64,000 nucleotides of DNA, from NCBI GenBank assembly GCA_039588295.1, contig JBDHAB010000021.1:9112-73111 (forward strand). The letters are read 5' to 3'. Within the stretch, counting starts at the first letter, position 1. Each line of letters starts with the position of its first letter. The notes beneath the pieces were generated by a model. The model was not told the DNA's origin and searched no databases. It saw nothing but the letters and a program-made list of their open reading frames with translations. This DNA is from Gemmatimonadota bacterium (GTDB taxonomy: Bacteria > Gemmatimonadota > Gemmatimonadetes > Gemmatimonadales > GWC2-71-9). A program made the translations under genes and the position numbers. Shown piece by piece: positions 28,638 to 38,792 of this stretch.

Positions 28638-28922
28638 ATGACCCCAGGAATCCAGCACGACGAACCTGCGGGCAAGTTCTTCACGATTCTGGAGGGCCGG
28701 GAGGCCCACCTCACCTACAAGGTCGTGGATGAGCATGCGCTCGATTTCCGGCACACCTACGTCCCGGTCGAGCTTCGCGGTCGGGGGTTGGCGAAGGCGC
28801 TGGTCGCTGCCGCGTTCGCGCATGCCGGCGAGCGTGGGTACCGCGTAATTCCCACGTGTTCGTTCGTTCGCTGGCTGGCTGACCGCGTCGACGAGTACGG
28901 CGAACTCACGCTCAGTCACTAG
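28638..28922 (+). CDS. Small GNAT-family acetyltransferase (YjdJ/Acetyltransf_CG type)
   Basis: HTYVPVELRGRGLAKALV and VIPTCSFV. Confidence 0.88.
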   Translation: MTPGIQHDEPAGKFFTILEGREAHLTYKVVDEHALDFRHTYVPVELRGRGLAKALVAAAFAHAGERGYRVIPTCSFVRWLADRVDEYGELTLSH

Positions 28923-28990
28923 CCGTCCAGGTCTCGGGTACTCAGCGCCCCACATCGCCGACGTCGATCCTCCGCACGCCGTCGCCCGGG

Positions 28991-29019
28991 TTGGCGTCGG
29001 GTACACAATCAAGTATTTT
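28991..29019 (+). promoter_or_regulatory. sigma70-like promoter for prs-rplY-pth
   Basis: TTGGCG-N17-TATTTT ending 11 nt before the ATG at 29031. Confidence 0.45.
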
Positions 29020-29030
29020 CGATGGCTATT

Positions 29031-29984
29031 ATGGCGGATATCTCTCTTACCTCGAGCAAGATGCTGTTGATGGCCGGGACGGCGAACCGTCCGCTGGCCG
29101 AAGAGATCGCGGCGCAGCTCGGGCAGCCACTGTGCCAGGTGACCATCCGGCGCTTCGCCGATGGTGAGATCTTCGCCAAGATCGACGAAAATGTGCGGGG
29201 CCAGGATGTATTCATCATCCAGCCGACGAATCCGCCGGCGGAGAACATCCTCGAGCTACTGATCCTCATTGACGCCGTCAAGCGCGCGAGCGCGGCGCGG
29301 GTGACGGCGATCATTCCCTACTTTGGGTACGCCCGGCAGGACCGGAAAGACCAGCCGCGGGTCGCGATCAGCGCCAAGCTGATGGCGAACATCATCACCA
29401 CGGCGGGAGCCGAGCGGGTGCTCGGGTTGGACTTTCATCAGCACCAGCTGCAGGGATTCTTCGACGTTCCCGTCGATCATCTCTATGCCGCTCCGGTGCT
29501 CGTGCAGCACTACCATCAGAAGAGTCTGCACAAGCCGGTCGTGGTCGCACCCGATGTCGGCGGGGCGAAGATCGCCCGTGGGTTCGCCAAGCGGCTCGAC
29601 GCGTCGCTCGCGATCATCGACAAGCGACGGCCGTCGGCGAACATCGCAGAGGTCGTCAATGTGGTCGGCGAGGTGGACGAGCGAGACTGCCTCCTGGTGG
29701 ACGACCTGATCGATACCGGGGGGACGATGGCGGAGGGCGTCATGGCGCTCAAGCGGCTTGGGGCGCGGGATGTGTACTGCTGCGCATCGCACGCATTGTT
29801 GTCCGGCCCGGCCATCGACAGACTGGCGTCGTCAGCCGTCACCGAAGTGGCGGTCACCAACACCATTCGGATCCCGGAGGAGCGGCGGTTCGCGAAGTTG
29901 ACGGTGCTCTCGATCGCCCCGCTCCTCGCACAGGCAATTCGATTCACCCATAGCGATCAGTCGGTCAGCTCGCTATTCGACTGA
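29031..29984 (+). CDS. prs: Ribose-phosphate pyrophosphokinase
   Basis: RFADGE, PYFGYARQDRK, APDVGG and VDDLIDTGGT. Confidence 0.97.
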   Translation: MADISLTSSKMLLMAGTANRPLAEEIAAQLGQPLCQVTIRRFADGEIFAKIDENVRGQDVFIIQPTNPPAENILELLILIDAVKRASAARVTAIIPYFGYARQDRKDQPRVAISAKLMANIITTAGAERVLGLDFHQHQLQGFFDVPVDHLYAAPVLVQHYHQKSLHKPVVVAPDVGGAKIARGFAKRLDASLAIIDKRRPSANIAEVVNVVGEVDERDCLLVDDLIDTGGTMAEGVMALKRLGARDVYCCASHALLSGPAIDRLASSAVTEVAVTNTIRIPEERRFAKLTVLSIAPLLAQAIRFTHSDQSVSSLFD

Positions 29985-30015
29985 TCTCGATACAAGCAAT
30001 GGACAGAAGAGAGTT

Positions 30016-30690
30016 ATGGCTGAGACAGTGACACTCAATGCCGAGCGTCGTGACGACACCGGTAAGGGCGCGGCCCGGAAGCTGCGCCAGCGTGGGAAGA
30101 TCCCGGCTGTCGTCTACGGCCACGGCCGCGACCCGGAAGCCCTGACCGTCTCCCAAATGGAGCTCGATCGGGTCTTGCAGCAGATCGCCGGAGGCTCGAG
30201 CCTCGTCGATCTCACGGTGGACGGCAAGGGACTACGCGCCCTCATCCGTGAGATTCAGCGACATCCCACCAGAAAGACCGTGACCCACGTGGACTTCTAC
30301 GAGGTGCATGCGGGCGAGCGGTTGTCACTCGATGTCCCGATTGCGCTGAGTGGGTCTCCGGAAGGGGTCCGCAATGCCGGGGGCGTGCTCGAGCAATTCG
30401 TCCGGGAACTGAGCATCGAGGTCCTCCCGAGGCACATCCCGGAGCGAATCGAGTTGGACGTGACCGAGCTCCGCGTCGGGAACTCGATGCACGTCGGTGA
30501 CATCACCGTTCCGAACGCGAAGATCCTGACCGACCCCGACGCGACCATCTGTACGATCGTCCCGCCGCGGGTGGAAGAAGTGCCGACGGTGGAGGTCGTG
30601 GAAGAGGAAGAGGCAGAGCCGGAGCTCATTCGCAAGCCGAGAGCCGAAGAGGAAGAAGCAGAGGAGCCTGGGGAAGCGTCCGAGGAGTAA
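30016..30690 (+). CDS. rplY: 50S ribosomal protein L25/Ctc
   Basis: [21 protein letters not shown] and HVDF, with an acidic tail. Lies between prs and pth. Confidence 0.95.
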   Translation: MAETVTLNAERRDDTGKGAARKLRQRGKIPAVVYGHGRDPEALTVSQMELDRVLQQIAGGSSLVDLTVDGKGLRALIREIQRHPTRKTVTHVDFYEVHAGERLSLDVPIALSGSPEGVRNAGGVLEQFVRELSIEVLPRHIPERIELDVTELRVGNSMHVGDITVPNAKILTDPDATICTIVPPRVEEVPTVEVVEEEEAEPELIRKPRAEEEEAEEPGEASEE

Positions 30691-30692
30691 CC

Positions 30693-31233
30693 CTGCGGAC
30701 CGTTGTCGCGCTCGGCAATCCGGGGCCGAAGTACGCGGTCACCCGTCACAACGCGGGGTTTCTCCTGGCGGACGTGCTCGCCGAACAGTGGAGCCTGCCC
30801 CGGTTCCGCAGGGTGGGGAGGACGCGGGTGACAGAGGGATCCTGTGGAACCGAGCGGTTCGCGCTCCTCAAGCCCCAGACGTACATGAATCTCAGTGGCG
30901 ACGCCATCAGCCCCCTGCTGGCCTCGTCCACCTTCGATCCGTCGCGCGATCTCTTGGTGGTGGTCGACGATATTGCACTGCCGCTCGGCAGTTTCCGGCT
31001 GCGTGCGCGGGGCTCTGCGGGGGGGCACAACGGACTGCAAAGCATCGAAGACGCACTCGGGACCGACCAGTACGCCCGACGTGCTCGAGTCGTTCGACAG
31101 AGACGAGCTGGCGACACTGGCGGACCTGTTGCCCACGCTGGCCGACGCCGTGGAGTGTTGGCTGGTCGACGGCATCGAGCCGGCGATGAACCGATTCAAC
31201 CGACGTGGAACCGGAGACGGAGAGGCAGAGTGA
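30693..31233 (+). pseudogene. pth: Peptidyl-tRNA hydrolase with an internal deletion/frameshift at 31080/31081 (as assembled) and a probable CTG start
   Basis: [27 protein letters not shown] and GSAGGHNGL in one frame up to YAR. The C-terminus VLESF...AMNRFN is in another frame, and the RLRIG.G segment is absent. Confidence 0.85.
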
Positions 31234-33287
31234 GTCAATTCGCGTACTTGCCCACTTCCGCCATCGTGGCGGGCGCCGTGGGCCTGATCATCGCTTGGGC
31301 GACGTTCATGTATGTCCGGCGGCAACCCGCCGGCAACGAGCTGATGCGGGGCATCCAGGAACAAGTGCACACCGGCGCCATGACCTTCCTGAGGCGCGAG
31401 TACATGTACCTGGTGCCGTTTCTGGCCATCGTCGCCGTCCTGCTCGGGATCGTCATCGGCTGGCCCACTGCGATTGCCTACCTGGGCGGCGGGATCTGCT
31501 CCATCCTCGCGGGCTTCTTCGGTATGAGGTCCGCGACCCAGGCCAACGCCCGCACGAGCGAGGCCGCCCGGGATAAGGGCCAGGCGATGGCCCTGCGCGT
31601 CGCGTTCAACGGCGGCGCGGTGATGGGGCTTTCCGTCGCCAGCCTCGGCCTGCTCGGCGTCGGTCTGGTGCTGCAGGTGTTCCTGGGCACACCCGACACG
31701 CAGGAAGCGTGGAAGGCGTTCAGTGAGATCATCACGGGCTTTGCGATGGGCGCATCATCGATCGCGCTGTTCGCCCGTGTCGGCGGCGGCATCTTCACCA
31801 AGGCTGCCGACGTCGGCGCCGATCTGGTCGGAAAGGTGGAGGCCGGGATCCCGGAGGACGATCCCCGAAACCCAGCCACGATCGCCGACAACGTCGGCGA
31901 CAACGTCGGTGATGTTGCGGGTATGGGTGCGGACATCTTCGAGAGCTATGTCGGTGCCGTGATCGCGACCATCGCGATCGGGGCGACGAGCCCCGCAATC
32001 TCCAGCCAACTTGGAGCCATCGCCCTGCCGATGCTGTACATCCTCGCCGGGCTCGCGGCGAGCGTGATCGCGATTGGATTGTTCCGGATTCTCGAGAACT
32101 TCAGCCCGGCGGGTGCGCTGCGCTGGGCAACCTTCATCGCCGCCGGGCTGTTCCTCGTCGCGGCCTACTTCATCACGAGGCAAGTCGATATCGGCCTGAC
32201 CCTCCAGAACGGGAACTCGAGCGCCCTGGGGCCGTTCTGGGCGGTGGTGGTTGGCACGATCGCCGGGATCCTCATCGGGCTGGCCACGGAGTATTACACG
32301 GGGGCCAAGCCGATCCGGACCATTGCGGAGGCCTCGCTCACGGGCCCAGCCACGAATATCATCGCCGGACTGGCCATCGGAATGCGCTCGACCGCGATCC
32401 CACTCCTCGTCATCTGCGGTGCGATCTTCGTCGCCTACAGCACCGCGGACCTGTACGGGATCGGCATCGCCGCCGTCGGGATGCTCGCGACGGTCGGGGT
32501 GACGATGTCAGTCGACGCCTATGGCCCGATCGCCGACAACGCGGGCGGCATCAGCGAGATGAGTGGCCTGGGACCCGACGTCCGCAAGATCACCGACACC
32601 CTGGACGCCCTTGGCAACACGACCGCGGCTATGGGCAAGGGCTTCGCCATCGGTTCTGCCGCGTTGACGGCCCTGGCGCTCTTCTCGGCGTTCACCAATG
32701 CCGTCACCCCTCCGGGCGCCGACCCGATCACGCTCAACGTGGCCAACCCGAAGGTGGTCATCGGGATGTTCCTGGGGGGCATCCTTCCCTTCTTCATCGC
32801 CGCCACGACCATGACCGCCGTGGGGCGCGCGGCCGAGGGGATGGTGCAGGAGGTACGGCGTCAGTTCCGAGAGATCGCCGGACTCATGGAAGGCACCGCC
32901 AAACCCGACAGTGCCCGCTGCGTGGATATCTCAACTCGGGCGGCGCTCCGCGAGATGATCCTGCCGGGTGTGACCGCGGTGGTGGCGCCGGTGATCGTCG
33001 GGAAGTTCCTGGGCGTCGAGACCCTGGGCGGCCTGCTTGCCGGCGCGACCCTGACCGGGGTGATGCTCGCGCTGTTCATGGCGAACGCCGGGGGGGCCTG
33101 GGACAATGCCAAGAAATACATCGAGGGCGGAGCGCACGGCGGGAAGGGATCCGATCCGCATAAGGCCGCCGTCGTGGGGGACACCGTCGGCGATCCGTTC
33201 AAGGACACGAGCGGCCCGTCGCTCAACATCCTCATCAAGCTGATGGCGGTGGTGAGCCTCGTCCTCGCGCCGTGGTTCCTTAGCTAG
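31230..33287 (+). CDS. hppA: Membrane-bound K+-dependent (probably Na+-translocating) pyrophosphatase
   Basis: [40 protein letters not shown] (Ala marks the K+-dependent type) and [13 protein letters not shown] start overlaps the pth TGA. Confidence 0.95.
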   Translation: MSQFAYLPTSAIVAGAVGLIIAWATFMYVRRQPAGNELMRGIQEQVHTGAMTFLRREYMYLVPFLAIVAVLLGIVIGWPTAIAYLGGGICSILAGFFGMRSATQANARTSEAARDKGQAMALRVAFNGGAVMGLSVASLGLLGVGLVLQVFLGTPDTQEAWKAFSEIITGFAMGASSIALFARVGGGIFTKAADVGADLVGKVEAGIPEDDPRNPATIADNVGDNVGDVAGMGADIFESYVGAVIATIAIGATSPAISSQLGAIALPMLYILAGLAASVIAIGLFRILENFSPAGALRWATFIAAGLFLVAAYFITRQVDIGLTLQNGNSSALGPFWAVVVGTIAGILIGLATEYYTGAKPIRTIAEASLTGPATNIIAGLAIGMRSTAIPLLVICGAIFVAYSTADLYGIGIAAVGMLATVGVTMSVDAYGPIADNAGGISEMSGLGPDVRKITDTLDALGNTTAAMGKGFAIGSAALTALALFSAFTNAVTPPGADPITLNVANPKVVIGMFLGGILPFFIAATTMTAVGRAAEGMVQEVRRQFREIAGLMEGTAKPDSARCVDISTRAALREMILPGVTAVVAPVIVGKFLGVETLGGLLAGATLTGVMLALFMANAGGAWDNAKKYIEGGAHGGKGSDPHKAAVVGDTVGDPFKDTSGPSLNILIKLMAVVSLVLAPWFLS

Positions 33288-33355
33288 CGGCGGAGCGGCG
33301 GACCGACGGTGAAGCTCCGTCGGTCCGCCAACGCTTCGCCGAACTGCCGCTTCGC

Positions 33356-34459
33356 GTGCTCCGCCTCGGTATCATCGGCCTGCCCAACGTCGGCAAATCG
33401 ACGCTCTTCAATGCGCTCACGAAGGCTGGCGCCGCCGCCTCCAACTACCCGTTCTGCACCGTCGAGCCCAATATCGGCGTGGTCGCCGTGCCGGACGAGC
33501 GCCTCGACCGCCTGTTTAGGGCCGTGGGAGGGCCGCGTCGCGTCGTCCCCACGACGGTGGAGTTCGTTGACATCGCTGGATTGGTGGAGGGGGCGAGTCG
33601 TGGGGAGGGGCTCGGAAATCAGTTCCTCTCCCACGTCCGGACCGTCGACGCGCTGGTGCACGTGGTCCGCTGCTTCGAGGAGCCTGACGTCACTCACGTG
33701 ATGGGCACGATCGCACCCGAGCGGGACCACGACGTCATCACCAGCGAGTTGGCCCTGGCCGACCTCGCGGTGGTCGAGCGCCGGCACGAACGCGTACTGA
33801 AGCTCGCGCGCTCCGGCGAGAAGGAGGCGCAGACCGAGGCGGCAGTGCTGGAACGCGTCATCGGGGAGCTCAATGCGGGTCGCGGCGCGCGGGACGCCGT
33901 CATCGATGACGCTGACCGTCGGCTGCTGCGACAATTGGGACTCCTCACCCTCAAGCCCATTCTCTACGCGGCCAATGTCGACGAGGACCTGCTGGGCAGG
34001 GAGGACATCAGTGCGGTAACGGAGCTCGAGCGGACGGCCCGGGCCCATCACGAGGAGGCCGAGGTCGTGGCGTTCTCGGCGCGCTTTGAAGCGGAACTCG
34101 CTGAACTAGACAGCGAGGAGCGGCGGGCATTCCTCGACTCCGCGGGCATCGCCGAACCCAGCCTCAACCGGTTGATCCATTCAGGCTATCGACTGTTGGA
34201 CCTGGAGACGTTCTTCACGGTCGGCGATGCCGAAGTCCGGGCGTGGACGGTGCGTCGAGGCTCAACGGCTTTCGAGGCCGCCGGAGAGATTCACTCGGAC
34301 TTCCAGCGTGGCTTCATCCGGTGCGAGACCGTGCACGTCGAGGAGTTCATCGACGCCGGCTCCTATAAGGTCGCGCGGGAGCGTGGATTGATCAGGAGCG
34401 AAGGCCGCGAGTACCGTGTGCAGGATGGCGAGGTGCTGCTGTTTCGGTTCAACGTTTGA
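33356..34459 (+). CDS. ychF: Redox-regulated ATPase YchF
   Basis: GLPNVGKSTLFN, NYPFCT, DIAGLV.GAS.GEGLGN and C-terminal TGS domain. Confidence 0.96.
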   Translation: MLRLGIIGLPNVGKSTLFNALTKAGAAASNYPFCTVEPNIGVVAVPDERLDRLFRAVGGPRRVVPTTVEFVDIAGLVEGASRGEGLGNQFLSHVRTVDALVHVVRCFEEPDVTHVMGTIAPERDHDVITSELALADLAVVERRHERVLKLARSGEKEAQTEAAVLERVIGELNAGRGARDAVIDDADRRLLRQLGLLTLKPILYAANVDEDLLGREDISAVTELERTARAHHEEAEVVAFSARFEAELAELDSEERRAFLDSAGIAEPSLNRLIHSGYRLLDLETFFTVGDAEVRAWTVRRGSTAFEAAGEIHSDFQRGFIRCETVHVEEFIDAGSYKVARERGLIRSEGREYRVQDGEVLLFRFNV

Positions 34460-34511
34460 CCATCACACGGCCTGGCATCCGCGGTCTCGACCCGCTATTT
34501 TGCGACGCTCA

Positions 34512-34565
34512 TACTGCCTACTCCGTCCCGCACCGGGCGGGGTCACTAGTCCAAAGGATGGTGTC
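34512..34565 (+). promoter_or_regulatory. S6:S18 ribosomal protein leader RNA
   Basis: Inner hairpin ACTCCGTCC/GGGCGGGGT. Outer stem TACTGCCT pairs with the SD region AGGATGGTG. Unpaired CCA (CCR) lies just before the SD, directly upstream of rpsF. Confidence 0.7.
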
Positions 34566-34940
34566 ATGACACGCGAATACGAGCTGGTCTACATCTTCGA
34601 CAGCGCGCTCGAGGAAGCGCAGGTCAACGAGCGGCTGGAACGGTTCCACTCCCTCCTCACGAGCCCCGAATCGGTGACGGCGACGAACCACTGGGGCAAA
34701 CGCACGCTGGCATACCCGATTCGCGGGAAGGACGTCGGGTATTACGTGGTCGTACAGTTCGAGACGCAACCCGAGCGACTCGGAGAGCTCGAGCGCGCCA
34801 TCAAGCTCGACGACGCGGTGCTGCGACACCTCATCGTGCTGAACGAGGGACTTGCGCCGGTCGCCGCGGCCGCGGTCGAGACCGAAGCCACTCCCGCGCC
34901 GGACGAATCGCCGCAGGAGAGCATGGAGGACAAGGAATGA
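34566..34940 (+). CDS. rpsF: 30S ribosomal protein S6
   Basis: [16 protein letters not shown] and VLRHL. Confidence 0.96.
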   Translation: MTREYELVYIFDSALEEAQVNERLERFHSLLTSPESVTATNHWGKRTLAYPIRGKDVGYYVVVQFETQPERLGELERAIKLDDAVLRHLIVLNEGLAPVAAAAVETEATPAPDESPQESMEDKE

Positions 34941-35158
34941 GGCGTCCTCGGAAGTCCTGTCAGGTCTGCGAGATGAGCGTGCGGGTGATCGACTACAAAG
35001 ACGAGCGGCTGCTATCACGGTTCCTCACGGAGCGCGGAAAGATCATTCCCAGCCGTCTCTCCGGCATGTGCGCGCGGCATCAGCGGCAGCTGTCCCGCGC
35101 CATCAAGCGTGCACGGTCCATCGCGCTGGTGCCCTACATTCGCGGACACGCGCGTTAG
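34937..35158 (+). CDS. rpsR: 30S ribosomal protein S18 (Zn-ligand type)
   Basis: CQVC, IDYKD, ERGKIIP and C..HQR...AIKRAR. Confidence 0.97.
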   Translation: MRRPRKSCQVCEMSVRVIDYKDERLLSRFLTERGKIIPSRLSGMCARHQRQLSRAIKRARSIALVPYIRGHAR

Positions 35159-36124
35159 ATGACAGTGCCGTCCGAGGCGCCACGCGGCGGGCTCGGGCGT
35201 CTCATCGCGGCCGGAGTGCTGTTTGGGCTGGCCGCTCCCATCGCGCTGGCCGCGCTGCCGTTGGCCGCCCTGCTCCTCGTGTCGCGACCCCGCTCGGCCG
35301 GCGAGCTCCTGGTGGCTGGCGTCGCGGGCGGGTTCGCCCTTTGGTGGCTGCTCGTTCCCGGGGCCCTTCCCGAACAGATGCTCCGAGCCGCGGCGGTCGT
35401 TGGGACGGCCGCATTCGTGGGCGCCACCCTCTGGACCAAATGGGCATTCACCCACCGCGCCCTCCTGGCCGCGTCTATCGCCGTGGTTGCCGTCTCCGCA
35501 CTGCTCCTGCTCCTCGGATCGTCCTGGGAGGAGCTGCGCTGGTGGGTCGAGCACCAGGCGGGACTCTCAGTGCGGGCCGTGATCGGTATGATCGCCGCGG
35601 GCATGGGGGGAGAAACCAGCATTCCGCTGTTCGCCGTCGAGATCGAGGAAATGGAGGCGTGGCTCGGGACGATCATTCGGTGGATGGCCGATTTCTTCCC
35701 TGCGGTCACCATGCTCGAGCTGCTGGGTGGATTCGCCTTCGCGACAGCCGTGTACGGCCGGACCGCGCGCCGGCCACGGTGTGTGCCGCTGAGCCCACTC
35801 CGCCAGTTCCGATTCAACGAGCATCTGGGTTGGGCCGCCGTAATCCCGCTGGCCGTGATCCTCCTGCCCAAGCTCGCCGCCGCGAAGCTCGCTGCGGCCA
35901 ACGTCCTGCTCATCGCCTGCGCGCTCTACGCGCTGCGCGGCCTGGCCGTTGCCGCGTTCGGGTTCGCGCTTCTGGGGACCGGGGGGTTCTTCCTTTGGGC
36001 CGTGTTAGCGGTAATCTTCTTCCTCATGTTGCCGGTGGTCGTGGGCGGCAGCATCCTTGTGGGGGTGCTGGACGCTGGCTTGAACCTCAGGCGGCGGTGG
36101 ACCACACCGCCAGCGAGTCGCTAG
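35159..36124 (+). CDS. DUF2232/YybS-like membrane protein
   Basis: Polytopic hydrophobic ORF in the conserved position between rpsR and rplI. C-terminal G..D...NLR. Confidence 0.78.
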   Translation: MTVPSEAPRGGLGRLIAAGVLFGLAAPIALAALPLAALLLVSRPRSAGELLVAGVAGGFALWWLLVPGALPEQMLRAAAVVGTAAFVGATLWTKWAFTHRALLAASIAVVAVSALLLLLGSSWEELRWWVEHQAGLSVRAVIGMIAAGMGGETSIPLFAVEIEEMEAWLGTIIRWMADFFPAVTMLELLGGFAFATAVYGRTARRPRCVPLSPLRQFRFNEHLGWAAVIPLAVILLPKLAAAKLAAANVLLIACALYALRGLAVAAFGFALLGTGGFFLWAVLAVIFFLMLPVVVGGSILVGVLDAGLNLRRRWTTPPASR

Positions 36125-36571
36125 ATGGAAGTCATTCTCAGACAAGCAATTCCGAAGCTCGGACGCGTCGGTGAGATCGTCGTCGTTAAAGATGGCTACG
36201 CCAGGAACTACCTGATTCCACAGGGCCTGGCGTACCTCGCGAGCGCAGGAAACAAACGGCGGATCGAGAACGAGGCAAAGCATCACGCGGTACGCCTCGC
36301 CTCCGAAGAGGCCGACGCGGAGACGCTGGCCGCGAGGCTCGGGTCGGTCGAGTTGCACTTCACGGCCAAGGCTGGCGAGGGAGACAAGCTCTTCGGATCG
36401 ATCACCTCGGGAGACATTGCCAGCCAGCTCGCCGAGATGGGCTATCAGGTGGACAAGCGATCCATCGAGCTCGAAGAACCGATCAAGATGATCGGCATCT
36501 ACAAGGTGCCCATCCGACTCCACCCCGAAGTGCGCGCCGAAGTGCGTGTCTGGGTCGTGAAGGAAGAGTGA
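36125..36571 (+). CDS. rplI: 50S ribosomal protein L9
   Basis: LG..GEIV.VKDGYARNYLIP and KLFGSIT. Confidence 0.97.
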   Translation: MEVILRQAIPKLGRVGEIVVVKDGYARNYLIPQGLAYLASAGNKRRIENEAKHHAVRLASEEADAETLAARLGSVELHFTAKAGEGDKLFGSITSGDIASQLAEMGYQVDKRSIELEEPIKMIGIYKVPIRLHPEVRAEVRVWVVKEE

Positions 36572-38433
36572 CGAGTCCCGCGATCGGCATCGGCTATTTG
36601 GACGGCCCGCGGCTGAGGCGCTCGCTGCTGGCGGCGGCGGACTGGGTGGATGCCGGTCGCGACGAGCTCAATCGCATCAACGTGTTCCCGGTCCCGGATG
36701 GCGACACGGGCACCAACTTCGCCATGACGCTGCGCGCCGCGGCGGAAGCTGTGCGGTCGCTCCGCCAAGCCGAGCTCCCCACCGTGGTGAAGGCCATGGC
36801 GGATGCCTGCGTACTGGGAGCGCGGGGCAACTCCGGAATGTTGCTTTCACACTTTCTACTGGGATTTCGGGAAGCGTTGGGCGATCTCCGAGTCGCACGA
36901 GCACAGGATGTGGCGCGCGCCGTGCGCCTGGGCGCCGATCGGCTCTACCGCTCCCTCGATGATCCGGTCGAAGGGACAATTCTCACGGTGTCGCGAGAGG
37001 TCGCGGATGCGGCCGAATCGGCGGCGGAGCAGACCTCGAACCTCCGAGAGTTGCTGCGCCACATGCTGATCCGCGCCGAGACCGCCCTGCGACACACGCC
37101 GGAGCTGCTGGCGGTGCTGCGAGAGGCTGGCGTGGTGGATGCCGGGGCGAAAGCCTTCGTCCGCGTGCTGGAGGGCATCGTTCGCTTCATGGAGGGCGAT
37201 CCTATCATGCCAGCCTCGGCGACCGCGGAGTTCGCCGTGCCCAACGCAGCCGCCTTGGCCGAGGTGGCCGCCGATCAGGACTACGGGTTCTGCACCGAGG
37301 CGCTCGTGCGGGGGTCGGGATTCCCGTCAAGCATCGACATTCGCGCGACGCTTCGAGAATACGGTGGCTCCATTGTCGTACTGGCCACCGAGGACATTCT
37401 CAAGATCCACATCCATACCGACACCCCCGATGCGGTATTCGCTCTGGCCGCGCAGTGGGGAACGATCGAGACCACCAAGGCTGACGACATGCGGGCGCAG
37501 CATGCCGGGCACGACACGGTGCATCGCAAGGTCACCATAGTGGTGGACTCGTCGTGCGACCTTGCGGACAGCGTGCTCGACACACACGGGATGGTCGTGG
37601 TGCCGTTGCAGGTGATGGACGGCCAACGCACCTATCTGGATCGCATCGAGATACACGGCGCGGACCTGTACGATCGCATGCGGGACAACGGTGAGATCTT
37701 CACAACATCACAGCCGACACCCGCCGCGCTGATGCAAGGGTTTCGGGATGCAAGCGCGAATGCCGACCAGGTGCTTGGGCTGTTCGTCGCCGGCGCGCTT
37801 TCCGGGACCTTGCGATCTGCGCAGGCGGCGGCGCAGGCCGTTGGGCTCGACGAGCGGCTCAGGGTTGTCGATTCGCGATCCGCCTCGCTCGGATTGGGCA
37901 TGCTGGCCCTGCGCGGCATCGAGCTCGCCGAGGCCGGGTGGTCCGTCCCCGACATCGTCGTGGAGTTGGATCGCATTCGCGATCGTTCGGGGGGGTTCTT
38001 CACCGTCGAGACGTTCGAGAACCTGCTGCGGTCCGGCCGGGTGAGCCGGGGGCGGGCGTGGCTCGGAGGAATCCTCAACATCAAACCCATCCTCGAGCTG
38101 GATCGTGACGGCCGGGTGATTCCGCTGGACCGGGTGCGCGGAAGCGACGCAGTATTCCCCCGGGTCCTGGAGCACCTCGACCGCCGGCTCTCGCCGCGCC
38201 CCTCCTCGTTCCGACTCGCGGTGGCGCATGCCGGAGTGCCCGAGCTGGCAGACCGCCTGCGCGAGCAGCTTATTCGCCGCTACCGGCCGCGCGACTGCTT
38301 CGTAAACCACGTCACCGCCGCGCTCGGCGTGCATACCGGTCCGGGCGCGTGGGGTATATTCTACCAGATAGAGGATCCAACACCTGTCGAGATTGGGGAA
38401 CAATTTTCGGCGAATCGCGCTACGATAGGCTAA
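36568..38433 (+). CDS. DAK2 (FakA-like) / DegV (FakB-like) fusion protein
   Basis: N-terminal INVFPVPDGDTGTN, GARGNSG, VVDAG and IHIHT. C-terminal DSSCD, TSQP, LSGT, GRVS, IKPIL and HTGPG. Confidence 0.9.
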   Translation: MTSPAIGIGYLDGPRLRRSLLAAADWVDAGRDELNRINVFPVPDGDTGTNFAMTLRAAAEAVRSLRQAELPTVVKAMADACVLGARGNSGMLLSHFLLGFREALGDLRVARAQDVARAVRLGADRLYRSLDDPVEGTILTVSREVADAAESAAEQTSNLRELLRHMLIRAETALRHTPELLAVLREAGVVDAGAKAFVRVLEGIVRFMEGDPIMPASATAEFAVPNAAALAEVAADQDYGFCTEALVRGSGFPSSIDIRATLREYGGSIVVLATEDILKIHIHTDTPDAVFALAAQWGTIETTKADDMRAQHAGHDTVHRKVTIVVDSSCDLADSVLDTHGMVVVPLQVMDGQRTYLDRIEIHGADLYDRMRDNGEIFTTSQPTPAALMQGFRDASANADQVLGLFVAGALSGTLRSAQAAAQAVGLDERLRVVDSRSASLGLGMLALRGIELAEAGWSVPDIVVELDRIRDRSGGFFTVETFENLLRSGRVSRGRAWLGGILNIKPILELDRDGRVIPLDRVRGSDAVFPRVLEHLDRRLSPRPSSFRLAVAHAGVPELADRLREQLIRRYRPRDCFVNHVTAALGVHTGPGAWGIFYQIEDPTPVEIGEQFSANRATIG

Positions 38434-38786
38434 GAGACGGGTCGCGCCGGGACCTTCGGCTCGCCGTCCGCGCGCTCGAAGAGCACAAAGCGCTCGACAT
38501 CGTGGTGCTGGATCTTCGGCGGGTGTCCGACGCCGCCGATTTCTTCGTCATCGCCTCCGGGACGTCCGACACGCACGTGCGGACCCTTGCCGAGCGTGTG
38601 GTGCAAGCCATCGAGCGGGAAGGCCGCCATCCCCATCACATCGAGGGTGCGGCCGCCGGACGCTGGGCTCTCCTGGACTTCGTGGACATGATCGTCCATG
38701 TCTTCCACCCGACGCTACGCGAGTATTACCAGCTCGAGCGGCTCTGGGCGGATGCTCCCGTCCTCACCGCAGAACTCGTTGGGTAG
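38430..38786 (+). CDS. rsfS: Ribosome silencing factor RsfS (start uncertain)
   Basis: KALDIVVLD, DFFVIASG, W.LLDF.DMIVHVF and REYYQLERLW. Confidence 0.92.
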   Translation, partial: LRDGSRRDLRLAVRALEEHKALDIVVLDLRRVSDAADFFVIASGTSDTHVRTLAERVVQAIEREGRHPHHIEGAAAGRWALLDFVDMIVHVFHPTLREYYQLERLWADAPVLTAELVG

Positions 38787-38792
38787 GTGCCC

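Noticed and set aside
30774..33287. The 837-aa ORF as a genuine evolved Pth-pyrophosphatase fusion, or a programmed frameshift in pth
   Set aside because: Conserved Pth residues are physically missing, there is no slippery sequence, and the native pth stop / hppA start overlap is intact. It is treated as a deletion or artefact.
34900..34960. Absence of ssb between rpsF and rpsR
   Set aside because: Direct rpsF-rpsR coupling is common and not informative.
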